From an uncultured virus (IMG/VR IMGVR_UViG_3300028646_000003) (Duplodnaviria > Heunggongvirae > Uroviricota > Caudoviricetes): DNA of 64,000 nucleotides. Within the stretch, counting starts at the first letter, position 1. Every line of letters begins with the position of its first letter. The notes under the pieces were generated by a model that worked only from the letters and a program-made list of their open reading frames with translations, was not told the origin of the DNA and did no database searches. This document shows, in pieces, positions 11,116 through 20,696 of the stretch. Position numbers and translations under genes: made by a program. The stretch is taken from positions 62,001 through 126,000 of the IMG/VR virus record IMGVR_UViG_3300028646_000003, one strand, 5' to 3'.

Positions 11116-12330
11116 CTACTTATTAGTTTTATATTGATATTCTAATTCATTTCTTTTTCTTGCAAAATCTCTAATTATTGTTAAATAATCTTGTATTGCT
11201 TGTCCGTCCATTACTAGTGAAATTTCTGTGTTATATAAATTATCCAAATTTGATAATTTAACTAATGGAATAGGAGAACTTTCTGAATTATCAGTTAAAA
11301 ATGATAAGGTAATACTTTGTTGATTATTGAGTTGTAATTCTGCACTCTTTATACTTCTATCATAACTATCATATGTAACTATAAAATTACAATCGTTAGT
11401 ATTTACAGGTGCATCATCAAGTGTATGAGAATTTGATAATTCAAAAATATTTTGTTGTAATTGTGTAGCCATTACAGATGCAACAGAAAAATCTGTTAAT
11501 TCCCCTGTTAATATTTGGTTATTTATAAATTGTGGATAAACGAAATTTAGTTCATATTCTTCATTTACTTTTGTGTATAATAGTTCTTTAGAAACCCCTA
11601 ATATATCACTTAAATATGTACATTTTAAGTTTGTAGTGGTTTTATATGTCTTTATTGGAATTCCATCTTTTTTGATATATATCTCTGTGTTCATAGGTAG
11701 TAGCTTTGAGAATATTATTAAATTATCTATAACAAATGCTTTAGGTAAAGCAGTTCCCCAAATAGGAAATGTATTTTTAATTGTTATTACATTTGTATTA
11801 TTTCCTGTGATTTCTGTTTTACTATTAGATACTGCGTCGGCTATAGCTCCAACACTTGACTCGTCTCTTGATTGTATTTCTGTTTCTGCCAAAACATAAT
11901 TATTACTAATAGTTAATATATTATTGTAAGTTGTAATTGCACTAACATAATCACTTGCTTTAGCTGAAACTAATATAAACTTTAATAATTTATTAGACGA
12001 GAATTTCAATTCAATATTTTGAGTAATTGGTTTACTACTTAATATCTCTCTTGAAGTCAATCCGATTAATTCACTAAGCCAAATAGCTTTGTCTGGTGTA
12101 GTTCCTACTGAAAATGAACCTAATGATACATTATCAATTAATACTTCTATTGTTTCTCCTGAAGTAAAACCATTCATAGATGTAATCAGTAAATCCACTA
12201 AGTAATCTACAGGAAAATTACTATCGAAAATAGGAAAGTTTTCTTGGATAGAGATAGAACTTGTTCCGTTATTAAGACAAATCAAACCTGTATTAGTTTG
12301 ACATTCTGTAATTGTAGTTACTGTCGCCAT
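11116..12330 (-). CDS. Hypothetical structural protein with internal duplication
   Basis: Duplicated ISIQENFPIF...WLSELIG / ITIKNTFPIW...YLSDILG segments. Confidence 0.6.
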   Translation of the reverse strand: MATVTTITECQTNTGLICLNNGTSSISIQENFPIFDSNFPVDYLVDLLITSMNGFTSGETIEVLIDNVSLGSFSVGTTPDKAIWLSELIGLTSREILSSKPITQNIELKFSSNKLLKFILVSAKASDYVSAITTYNNILTISNNYVLAETEIQSRDESSVGAIADAVSNSKTEITGNNTNVITIKNTFPIWGTALPKAFVIDNLIIFSKLLPMNTEIYIKKDGIPIKTYKTTTNLKCTYLSDILGVSKELLYTKVNEEYELNFVYPQFINNQILTGELTDFSVASVMATQLQQNIFELSNSHTLDDAPVNTNDCNFIVTYDSYDRSIKSAELQLNNQQSITLSFLTDNSESSPIPLVKLSNLDNLYNTEISLVMDGQAIQDYLTIIRDFARKRNELEYQYKTNK

Positions 12331-12596
12331 TTATATCTCCCCTTTCATGTTTTATGATTTTTAATTCCATGAGTATCTACGTATCATATTCACAAAATTA
12401 TCTTTAAAAATCTATTAATAATTAACTGTTTAATAGACTTTAGTAAAATAATTCAGATTTAAGAATAAGGCTATCACTTACTTACAAAGATTGGAACTTT
12501 ACACAAAACAAATGTTTTATATTAATATTGATTGTTATTTGATAAATAGAGACTAGAATTTTATTTTCTAATCTCTATCATTTTGTATATTTCATT

Positions 12597-12899
12597 TCAA
12601 TTGTATCTTTCTAAATCAATCATTCCTAATCTATTCAACAAGAAACTTTCCTCAGTAAGAAACCATTCATTAGTCACTTTCCGACTAGACATTATTTGAT
12701 GGATTATTTTCTCAAGCTTTAAATAAGATTTACACTCTATAATTCTATATAAAGAAAGTTTATCTAAATTACCATTGAACTTAAATGAACTCTTTATTTG
12801 ATTTATTCTCTTTTCTATATTTTTGCTACAGCCAATTTTTATGTATAATTTATTATTTAAACTTTGGTTTTCATTCTTTAAAATATATACTCCACTCAT
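12597..12899 (-). CDS. GIY-YIG (T5orf172-like) nuclease-domain protein
   Basis: GVYIL...YIKIGCSKNIEKRINQ...LEKIIH...EWF. Confidence 0.8.
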   Translation of the reverse strand: MSGVYILKNENQSLNNKLYIKIGCSKNIEKRINQIKSSFKFNGNLDKLSLYRIIECKSYLKLEKIIHQIMSSRKVTNEWFLTEESFLLNRLGMIDLERYN

Positions 12900-12941
12900 T
12901 TAAATGCCCCTTATTTAATTTATTTTGTCTCTAACCTTCAA

Positions 12942-13152
12942 TTTATGAAAATAGTATAAATAGAGAATTGAGTTGTTATACTAAAAGCATAAATTGACAT
13001 TTCAAGATAAAGCTATTTTCATAAATCAACGTTTCAATTGTTATACTAAATTCATAACCCAGTAAAGTGTAACAATAAGACTAACTAACAAGATATACTA
13101 AGAAGAAGAAAGACTAATAAGAAGATGAATTTACAGTTTCGCTAAAGCTCAC
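12942..13152. repeat. Iteron/origin-like repeat cluster downstream of the Rep-like gene
   Basis: 13-bp inverted repeat TTTATGAAAATAG (12942-12954 / 13013-13025); direct repeat TTGTTATACTAAA (12973, 13038); AAGA/CTAA-rich tract; TTCGCTAAAGCTCAC. Confidence 0.5.
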
Positions 13153-14038
13153 TGGAGTTTTTCTCTTTTTCTTCAGAGTTTAGTTCTTTATATTCTTCTT
13201 TTATTAATTTTAGTTCTTCTATCTCTATAGGATTAATACTAGCTTTCTTTTCTAAGTCATTTATTTTTTGTTTCAATGATCTTTTGAGATTACCCTTATC
13301 TTTTAGTCTTCTACTTATATTGTAATATCCATGTTCTTGTCTTTCTTTTTGTAGTCTTTGTAAGAGTATTTCTTCATTCCCTACTCTTGTATAGAACATC
13401 TTACCGTTCTTTACTTTTCCATCAGCTAATACCTTATAACCTGCATAATCAAATATGAATATATCTAAGTCTTTGAGGATATTTATATATTTCAATACTG
13501 TCTTTTCTGCTATATTCACACTATCAGATATATTAAGTAGTGACGGGAAGCATAGTAAGTAATCTTCACATTGTTCATTATTGTTTATACAACTACAAAT
13601 ATATGTATATGTACTCAATAGCGAATATGTATCTATTTTATTTTCATTACTATATTTTATAATTTGTTTTATGTCATTATCAATAAGCATTGTAAAACTA
13701 TCAGTCATATCATGATATAATTCAGCAAATATTAAATCTGTTTTACTTATAGAATCAATATCCACAATTTCCTCATTATCTAAAAATATATTGTCATGAT
13801 AGAAGAACAATTCTTCATCTCCAAACATCTTTAGTATCTTTTTAACTTCATTCTGACTATATGTGTTTTTAGCACCTATGTTTAATATGTCATATAACCA
13901 TTTTAGTGTAAATATACACACATCTTTTCCGTTCCTAGTCATTAATAATATTGTTGCTATTGTTAATTCTTTTGAGTTCAAATCAAAGTCTCCTTTAATA
14001 AAGTCGTTAGGTATCTTAGTGAATTTTTCTTTCATCAT
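13142..14038 (-). CDS. Replication-initiator-like winged-HTH protein
   Basis: FTKIPN N-terminus; CFPSLLNISDSVNIAEKTVLKYINILKD HTH. Confidence 0.6.
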   Translation of the reverse strand: MMKEKFTKIPNDFIKGDFDLNSKELTIATILLMTRNGKDVCIFTLKWLYDILNIGAKNTYSQNEVKKILKMFGDEELFFYHDNIFLDNEEIVDIDSISKTDLIFAELYHDMTDSFTMLIDNDIKQIIKYSNENKIDTYSLLSTYTYICSCINNNEQCEDYLLCFPSLLNISDSVNIAEKTVLKYINILKDLDIFIFDYAGYKVLADGKVKNGKMFYTRVGNEEILLQRLQKERQEHGYYNISRRLKDKGNLKRSLKQKINDLEKKASINPIEIEELKLIKEEYKELNSEEKEKNSSEL

Positions 14039-14072
14039 AAATTAAATTCCTTCTTTCATCATAATATTTTAT

Positions 14073-14255
14073 TTATCTATTTCTATTCATCCACAAGTTA
14101 TAAGCTTGTTCAGTTTCATCTTTATAAAATTTATTCCATACCATTTTTGTTTGTGGGTGTATACCTGTATCAATTGGCTTACATCCTTGACTAATATAAA
14201 ATGAAACTTGATCTATATTATATAAATACATTACTTTTCTTTCTTGATTATTCAT
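14073..14255 (-). CDS. Small phage protein (DUF5659-like, inferred)
   Basis: 60 aa with AGGAGAG RBS; directly upstream of the Rep-like gene. Confidence 0.6.
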   Translation of the reverse strand: MNNQERKVMYLYNIDQVSFYISQGCKPIDTGIHPQTKMVWNKFYKDETEQAYNLWMNRNR

Positions 14256-14315
14256 AATAAATCTCTCCTTAAAATTAGGAGGAAATTAATCCTCCATTTT
14301 TTATAATTTGTTTTA

Positions 14316-15146
14316 TTAGCAAAATTCTTTTCTTAACTTTTCAACAAAGTAAATTTGACCTTTACCATTTACAAGGCTTTGAATACTTGTCTTAGTTCCA
14401 TAAGGAGTTTTATATGTATTCTCTTTTACTTCAAAATAATCCATATATTTTTGATAAGGTTCATTATTGTATCTTAGATATCCATTATCTCTGAACCACT
14501 CAAACAATTTATTTCTTCCAATATTTATTTTTTCATCCTTAATTACTTTTGCAAATTGTGCCATAGTTATAGAATTAGCAGATTCGCTTACTTGTGTGGC
14601 AAATTCAACCATAGGCTTATTTTCTTCTAATTCTTTCTGTAATGGTGCAACTGCTTCTTTAACTTCTAATTCAGTAAGTTGTTTTGATGCTAATATTCCT
14701 TCTTGTCCACCTTGGTATATTGATAATAATAAATTTGCCTTTAATTGTTCATCTGAATTTATAATTTGTCTCATGGCAAAATATTCTCTTCTTAATTGCT
14801 TTCTAATATCTTTAGCTTTTTCTGTTTTCATAAATCCAGTTAATAACATATACCCTTGTTCAGATAATAAATAGCAATATTTTTGTCTGTTACTAGTAAT
14901 AAAGCCTAAACCGACAGCTTCGGTTTTAAAATTTTCATCACATAAATCAAGTAAATCTATACCTATTTCAAATTCTTCAATATTTTGAGTTATTAAATCT
15001 TGTATATCATTATTTCTAACTCCATGAATTTCTGATATTGTCTTAGCTAGCATTACTTTTTGATTTTCTCCAAATCCACCTTCAATTATAGGAATGTTAA
15101 CTCCCATAAAATTTTGTTCTCCATTGATTGTTAATTGATTTTTCAT
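14316..15146 (-). CDS. Phage antirepressor (ORF6N-type N-terminus, ANT/KilAC C-terminus)
   Basis: YLLSEQGYMLL; KPMVEFA...IGRNKLFEWFRDNGYL...NEPYQKY...GKGQIYF; start moved to ATG 15146, which has an RBS. Confidence 0.85.
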   Translation of the reverse strand: MKNQLTINGEQNFMGVNIPIIEGGFGENQKVMLAKTISEIHGVRNNDIQDLITQNIEEFEIGIDLLDLCDENFKTEAVGLGFITSNRQKYCYLLSEQGYMLLTGFMKTEKAKDIRKQLRREYFAMRQIINSDEQLKANLLLSIYQGGQEGILASKQLTELEVKEAVAPLQKELEENKPMVEFATQVSESANSITMAQFAKVIKDEKINIGRNKLFEWFRDNGYLRYNNEPYQKYMDYFEVKENTYKTPYGTKTSIQSLVNGKGQIYFVEKLRKEFC

Positions 15147-15300
15147 TATAATATTCCTTCTTTCATCATATATTTTATTTTTAGTTACCTTCAATCTTTG
15201 AAAGCACCATGAAAATAAATTTGAACATAATAAAAGAGACTAGAGAACTTGTCCCTAATCTCAATTCAACTTAAAATCTTAATTCTAAATACTATTTAAT

Positions 15301-15546
15301 TTATTTTATTTCTTCTGTTTTAACTTCTTCTATAGTTTCAGTTGTTTTTGCATCTAAAATACCTTTAGTTGTTGGGTCAATTACAATACCTAAAATTGTT
15401 AATATGACTAATATTGTATTCATAATATCAGCCCAATTTGCAGGGAATATATTTATACCTAGTTGTTGTGTAAGTAATACTACTGCACTCACTAGCGATA
15501 CCCAAAATGCCTTGTTTTTTAATCTTGTTTTCATTGTTTCACTCAT
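15301..15546 (-). CDS. Holin (phi LC3-like)
   Basis: RLKNKAFWVSLVSAVVLL...LGIVIDPTTKG, two TM segments, adjacent to the endolysin. Confidence 0.9.
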   Translation of the reverse strand: MSETMKTRLKNKAFWVSLVSAVVLLTQQLGINIFPANWADIMNTILVILTILGIVIDPTTKGILDAKTTETIEEVKTEEIK

Positions 15547-15615
15547 GATAAATTCCTCCTTAAATTTTGCCTTTTAAGTAGCATAACTTTATTTTATAAT
15601 TAATTTGTTTAAATT

Positions 15616-16557
15616 TTATAACTTAGTTGCAACACCATTACTAGCAAATTTATATCCATAAGCTGTAGTATCATGTATCATAACACCGTTTGAATAACAA
15701 CAATAGAATTTTCCACCATCATTTACCCAACCTGTTTGCATTGCTCCTGATATATTTAAATAATACCAATTAGAATCTATTTTTTGCCAACCAGTAAGCA
15801 TAGCACCATCTTCATTGCAGTAATACCACTTACTATCATTTTTATCAAATATCCACCCTGTTTTCATTTTGCCATCATTGTTTGAATCTGATAAATAATA
15901 CCACTTTCCTCCAGACTTTTTCCAATCATAGACCATATACCCTTCACTATCGAATAAATACCAATAGTTATCTATCTTTTCCCAACCGTCTTTTGTATAA
16001 GTTCCATCGGAATGTTTATACCACCATTTAGAATCTTGTAATATCCATTCTCCACCTGAAGTTGTGCTACCGTTAGAAACTTGTTCTTTAAAGTCATACC
16101 ATCTTGCCCATGAATTAGTACTAAAACAGTTTGGACAAATCTTATGGCTAGCATCATAATGCCTTACAACGTTATCAATACTGATACCATACTTACTCAT
16201 TAGATATCTCACTAAGTCTATTGTATTGTTTATAGTAGCGTCTGTAGGCATACTGTCAGAACCTATACACATTTCTATACCAACACTATTTTTATTTGAA
16301 ATCCCGTATTTTCCTCCACCATCACCCACTTGCCAACTGTAGAAATTATCTGTATCTATTATTTGAATGATATTATTGGAGTCTACAAAATAATCGGCAC
16401 TAGCTGATCTATCTCCACCTGCAAAATAATCATGATTGTTTTGTGCAGTAGAATTAGGTGAACCCGTATCATGTACCACTATGTATATTGGATTCGCACT
16501 TCTTGAAGACTTATTGTAATTGATAAATTGTTTTTGAATATCTAACATTTTATACAT
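15616..16557 (-). CDS. Endolysin: Amidase_2 N-acetylmuramoyl-L-alanine amidase with choline/cell-wall binding repeats
   Basis: YIVVHDTG, SVGIEMC and VVRHYDASHKICP motifs; repeated WYY...G.M.TGW. Confidence 0.92.
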   Translation of the reverse strand: MYKMLDIQKQFINYNKSSRSANPIYIVVHDTGSPNSTAQNNHDYFAGGDRSASADYFVDSNNIIQIIDTDNFYSWQVGDGGGKYGISNKNSVGIEMCIGSDSMPTDATINNTIDLVRYLMSKYGISIDNVVRHYDASHKICPNCFSTNSWARWYDFKEQVSNGSTTSGGEWILQDSKWWYKHSDGTYTKDGWEKIDNYWYLFDSEGYMVYDWKKSGGKWYYLSDSNNDGKMKTGWIFDKNDSKWYYCNEDGAMLTGWQKIDSNWYYLNISGAMQTGWVNDGGKFYCCYSNGVMIHDTTAYGYKFASNGVATKL

Positions 16558-16860
16558 CGCTTCCTTTTTTAAATTTAACTTTTAATTTTTGAATAACAAA
16601 AAGACTCGAACAATTAACCCAAGTCTTTTAAAATTATTTTTCTTATTTGTGATTTTAATATCTACATTCAGAATTAAGAAATCATCATAGATTAGATTAC
16701 ATAACTTTTGTTCAGACAACTAAATTCCTTATAAAATTCTTATTTTATTTTATGTTAACAAAAAAGGACTATCAATTAAAATAGTCCTCCTAACATTGCT
16801 TTAATATTTAATTGCCAAATAATTAGTCTTACGAACCATATTATCCTATTGCGTATATTA

Positions 16861-19107
16861 TTAATAAGCAACGCTTACAGTTTTCAGCAATTCGCTTGCC
16901 TGTTTAGCAATATGCCTATTTGCTTTGCCACTTTTATCTGTATGTGGATGTGTTCCATCAGGTAGCCATAAATTAACCATTGAAATTGTTTGTTCTGTTC
17001 CACCACTAGCAACCCACCATGCAGAACCATCTGAATATCCTGTTACATCCCAATATCCAGTTGTTTTTATTGTCCCTTGTGACATTCCTAATTTATCGTA
17101 CAATGATAAAAATGGAATTTCCCAATAATCTGCAACATTTTTTTGTGCTGTAATGATACTATTTACCCCAGTATGCTTTTGATTGTCATAATGACTCATA
17201 ATAACTATTTTTGTTCTTGGATTATCAGTTAAAATTAAGTTAATAAGAAAATTCATACAACCACTATAACTAAACATACCATTTGAACCAGTAGTATCTG
17301 TAGTAAAATTATCAGTACCTATATCGTTATGACCATGTTCAAATATATACAAGTCTTTTCTATTATTTCCGAGATGATTTACGACTAGTTTATTTTCATA
17401 AGAGTAAGATTTTATATAGTTCGTATCTGTAGTAGTCCATGTTGTAGGGAAAGCACTTGTAAATACGCTTGAATCATATGTACCACTATTGCCATAAGTT
17501 CCACTATTAATTTTATAATTTATCCAATTTGCAATCCACTGCATTTGTTCAATTGTATTAGTCAAACATCTTGAAACTGCTTCAAAATTGTTTATAAAAC
17601 CATAAGGATTAGTAGTTGGATTCACTAAACTTTGTTTTCTACAACATACACAACTACTACCTACTGCTTCGTTTGTAATTGTCATACTTAAATAGTGAGC
17701 CATTAATAATGGATAACTATTTTCTCTATAATTAGTAGTATCTAATCCGTTTATTCCTGCACCGAATCCAGCTGGTATCGATGTTCCAAAAATTACTGCA
17801 CTTTTATCATTCCATTGAGTTGGATTTTTATTGATTCCGTAACGTTCAACATAAGTATAATCAATACAGTTTTTCTCACAAGCCACATATAATTTAGTCG
17901 CTCCTGTTGGTACTGTGAATGTTTGATATGTGTTATTATAGCTTGATACTGTATATAACGAACCACTTATAAAAGTTCCAGAATCATTAGTACAAAAGTA
18001 AACAGCAATATATGGATTCCCATATGGATGTATTTTAAGTGTTTGACCTTCTGCAACAGTATATATTTTATACACATTTAAACCATCACTTGCGAACACT
18101 GGAGGTGTTGCTTTGCTATATGTTCCAACTACATAACTATCATGGTCTACGTAGTTATAACGCATAGCATTTTTTGTACCTGTTATAGTAGTATTTATTG
18201 TGTTAATGCTATCCGTTGTACTTTGTATTTTTTGATTAAATAAATAAGTAGTCCAATTCGGAGATGCAAATTTTTTAACGGAATTAATTAGCAAACCATT
18301 TGCACTAATGTCATTTTGCACAGATATATAAGCCCATGCTTTGTTTGATATAGTAAAATAGTAAGCACCCGTACTTGCATTTAATGCACTAGAATTATAA
18401 TATACACAATTTCCACTTGAATCAAAAGCAATTAATTCTTTATAACTTGTGCTTTTAATATCAAATTTAACGACATCTAAATAAGAAACTGGTATTCTTG
18501 CAGATACATTTTTACCAGCAGAAGCAGTCCATACATAATTCCAAGCGTAATATCCGCCTGTTTCTCCACCTGTGTAAGTAAATAAATCGGCTGATAATAA
18601 ATCTTTTAGTTTAGCTTCCGATACTGCATTATCTGAAATAGATATGCTTTGATAAATTCCACCACTTGTCCAAGCAGAACCATTCCAGTAGTACCAACAA
18701 CCATCTGCACTTACTATATAAGTATTTGTGTTTCCTGTTGGAAAAGCAGTTTGTAATAATGCTAAAGTGGTATAAACTCCCTTTGGAGAACCACTCGCTA
18801 AACTTGCAATTGCAGATGTATTAGTTGCTATTTGCGATGTATGTGTAGATATTGTAGCTGTATTATTTGCTACATTGGCATTAGTAGTATCTAATGCATT
18901 TTGATTAGCTTTTAATCCAATATTAGCATTTTGTGTTGTTTGTTCCTGTACAATATCTGACAATTGCGTAGAATGACTAGCTACATCTGTTGTTAAATTT
19001 CCAATTTTATTAGCATTTAAAGTTGTATTTCCATTTAATTCGCCAATATTATTATTTATTTTCAAATGCCAATCTGGCTCTCCTTTAATTATGTTTTCTA
19101 TTGCCAT
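16861..19107 (-). CDS. Tail fibre/receptor-binding protein with C-terminal SGNH/GDSL esterase
   Basis: Coiled-coil N-terminus, ASGSPKGVY motif; SGNH blocks IFGTSI, EHGHND and PDGTHP. Confidence 0.75.
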   Translation of the reverse strand: MAIENIIKGEPDWHLKINNNIGELNGNTTLNANKIGNLTTDVASHSTQLSDIVQEQTTQNANIGLKANQNALDTTNANVANNTATISTHTSQIATNTSAIASLASGSPKGVYTTLALLQTAFPTGNTNTYIVSADGCWYYWNGSAWTSGGIYQSISISDNAVSEAKLKDLLSADLFTYTGGETGGYYAWNYVWTASAGKNVSARIPVSYLDVVKFDIKSTSYKELIAFDSSGNCVYYNSSALNASTGAYYFTISNKAWAYISVQNDISANGLLINSVKKFASPNWTTYLFNQKIQSTTDSINTINTTITGTKNAMRYNYVDHDSYVVGTYSKATPPVFASDGLNVYKIYTVAEGQTLKIHPYGNPYIAVYFCTNDSGTFISGSLYTVSSYNNTYQTFTVPTGATKLYVACEKNCIDYTYVERYGINKNPTQWNDKSAVIFGTSIPAGFGAGINGLDTTNYRENSYPLLMAHYLSMTITNEAVGSSCVCCRKQSLVNPTTNPYGFINNFEAVSRCLTNTIEQMQWIANWINYKINSGTYGNSGTYDSSVFTSAFPTTWTTTDTNYIKSYSYENKLVVNHLGNNRKDLYIFEHGHNDIGTDNFTTDTTGSNGMFSYSGCMNFLINLILTDNPRTKIVIMSHYDNQKHTGVNSIITAQKNVADYWEIPFLSLYDKLGMSQGTIKTTGYWDVTGYSDGSAWWVASGGTEQTISMVNLWLPDGTHPHTDKSGKANRHIAKQASELLKTVSVAY

Positions 19108-19141
19108 TATATAATCACACTCCTTATTCGTTTAATTTGTT

Positions 19142-19646
19142 TTAAATTATTATATTTAATATCACACTAATGACCGAATCACTATATGTAATTATATATT
19201 CCGTATCTGTGATTTTTTCAATAACAGGATTACTCCCTAAATATTTTAAAGGTATATATATAGTAATTGTATTTTTATCATCATAAGCTATTTTATTTTC
19301 TAGTTTATAAGTTGTATCACCAGCTGGAAAATCGCCAGCTCCACCAATACCACCACCATATTGAGTATATAAAGCTCTAATAGATGGATAGGTATTTAGG
19401 TTGTGAGTGATAGTTGCCAGTTTGTATTCATCTGATATTTTTATAGTAGGGTTGGATATTTCATTTTCAAAAGGTAATCCATTGTAAAATAATTGATTAT
19501 TTACATATGTAAATTTAGACAGAACTTAATAATGTAAATACTAATTGTGAACCACTAGGGTTTATTGATTTAATACCTGTTACAACTTTTGTAATTTCTT
19601 GACTAGTATAGGCTTTTGCTTTATTGAGAGTAAAGAAATCTATCAA
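19142..19646 (-). pseudogene. Frameshifted/deleted remnant of a baseplate-fibre gene
   Basis: TTG-start 43 aa ORF ending TAA; another frame continues VLSKFTY...HNLNTYPSIRALYTQYGGGIGGAGDFPAG, paralogous to the middle of 20697-22844. Confidence 0.65.
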
Positions 19647-19674
19647 TTTTCATCACTTCTTTCTTTAATTTATT

Positions 19675-19885
19675 TCAGAATGTAATCCATCTATTAGTTT
19701 TTGAATTAAATATTTTAGCTACTATTGTATCATTATCCATTAGAATTGTTATTTGACTTCCATTCTGTATAAATCCTTCTAAGTGGTTTGTATTATCAGG
19801 TAATATATCTCCTTCATTTGCCATAAATTCTTTATAAGGGGGGGGCATTGAGTTGGTAGCCTTCCCTAGTCTTAATTACTGCCAT
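19675..19885 (-). pseudogene. Small gene (about 69 aa) frameshifted at a C8 homopolymer
   Basis: MAVIKTREGYQLNAPP then TTA TAA; removing one C restores an ORF PYKEFMANEG...RWITF*. Confidence 0.65.
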
Positions 19886-20065
19886 TTATATCAGTCCTTT
19901 CTATACTGTATTCTCTATATTTACTTATTTAATTTTTAGAAACTATGATTTAAACCTAAAATCTTAATTTATAAGTCTCACTTTATTAATTTTAGACAAT
20001 AAAAAAGACTCCAATGGAGTTATTCAAATTGTCTATATATTTTATCTTATTATTTAATTTATTTA

Positions 20066-20260
20066 CTAAGAAGGTAAAATAATTAACTTAGTCAAAATCG
20101 CATACTGAGTCGTAGTAATTTTTGCGTCTGCTAAAAATATATTTATTATATTTGTTATTTCCGTGAAATCTTGTTCACTAACAATTTTTAATTTTTCATC
20201 ATTAATTCTACTTGTTAATAATCTTTCTAACAATGTCTGCATTTCAGTTAATGTTTCCAT
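20066..20260 (-). CDS. Small tail-associated protein
   Basis: 64 aa with RBS; position after the fibre chaperone. Confidence 0.55.
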   Translation of the reverse strand: METLTEMQTLLERLLTSRINDEKLKIVSEQDFTEITNIINIFLADAKITTTQYAILTKLIILPS

Positions 20261-20679
20261 TATCTTATACCTCCTATTGTTTTATTTTTTTCTCTTAATA
20301 AAAAATACTTTTCCAAATCCTCAATTGATGTTGTATCTAAATTGACATATGTAGAAATAGTATTTTTCCTATCTAATATAATTTGTTGCTCTTTTTGTTT
20401 TTGTTTTTTAGTATCTAATTCTTCTTGTGTATAATATTCATATTTTAAAGTCTTAGTTTTTACATCTACCGAATATGATTTAACATTATTAAAAATAGAT
20501 GCTAAAGTTCCATATTCTAATTCTATATAATCAATTTCATCTATATTTTTATCTTTTAATTGTTCATATATTTCCATGTCTTGTTCTTTAGTTGTTTCTC
20601 TTAAAGTCCCTTCTGGTGTTATAGTTAATATTTCTCCTGTAGATATAAAATAATATATTTTTGCTTTTATTTCATTCAC
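20260..20679 (-). CDS. Putative tail fibre assembly protein
   Basis: KIYYFISTGEIL...ETTKEQD motif; follows the fibre gene. Confidence 0.55.
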   Translation of the reverse strand: MNEIKAKIYYFISTGEILTITPEGTLRETTKEQDMEIYEQLKDKNIDEIDYIELEYGTLASIFNNVKSYSVDVKTKTLKYEYYTQEELDTKKQKQKEQQIILDRKNTISTYVNLDTTSIEDLEKYFLLREKNKTIGGIR

Positions 20680-20696
20680 AGTTTAACCTCCTCATA

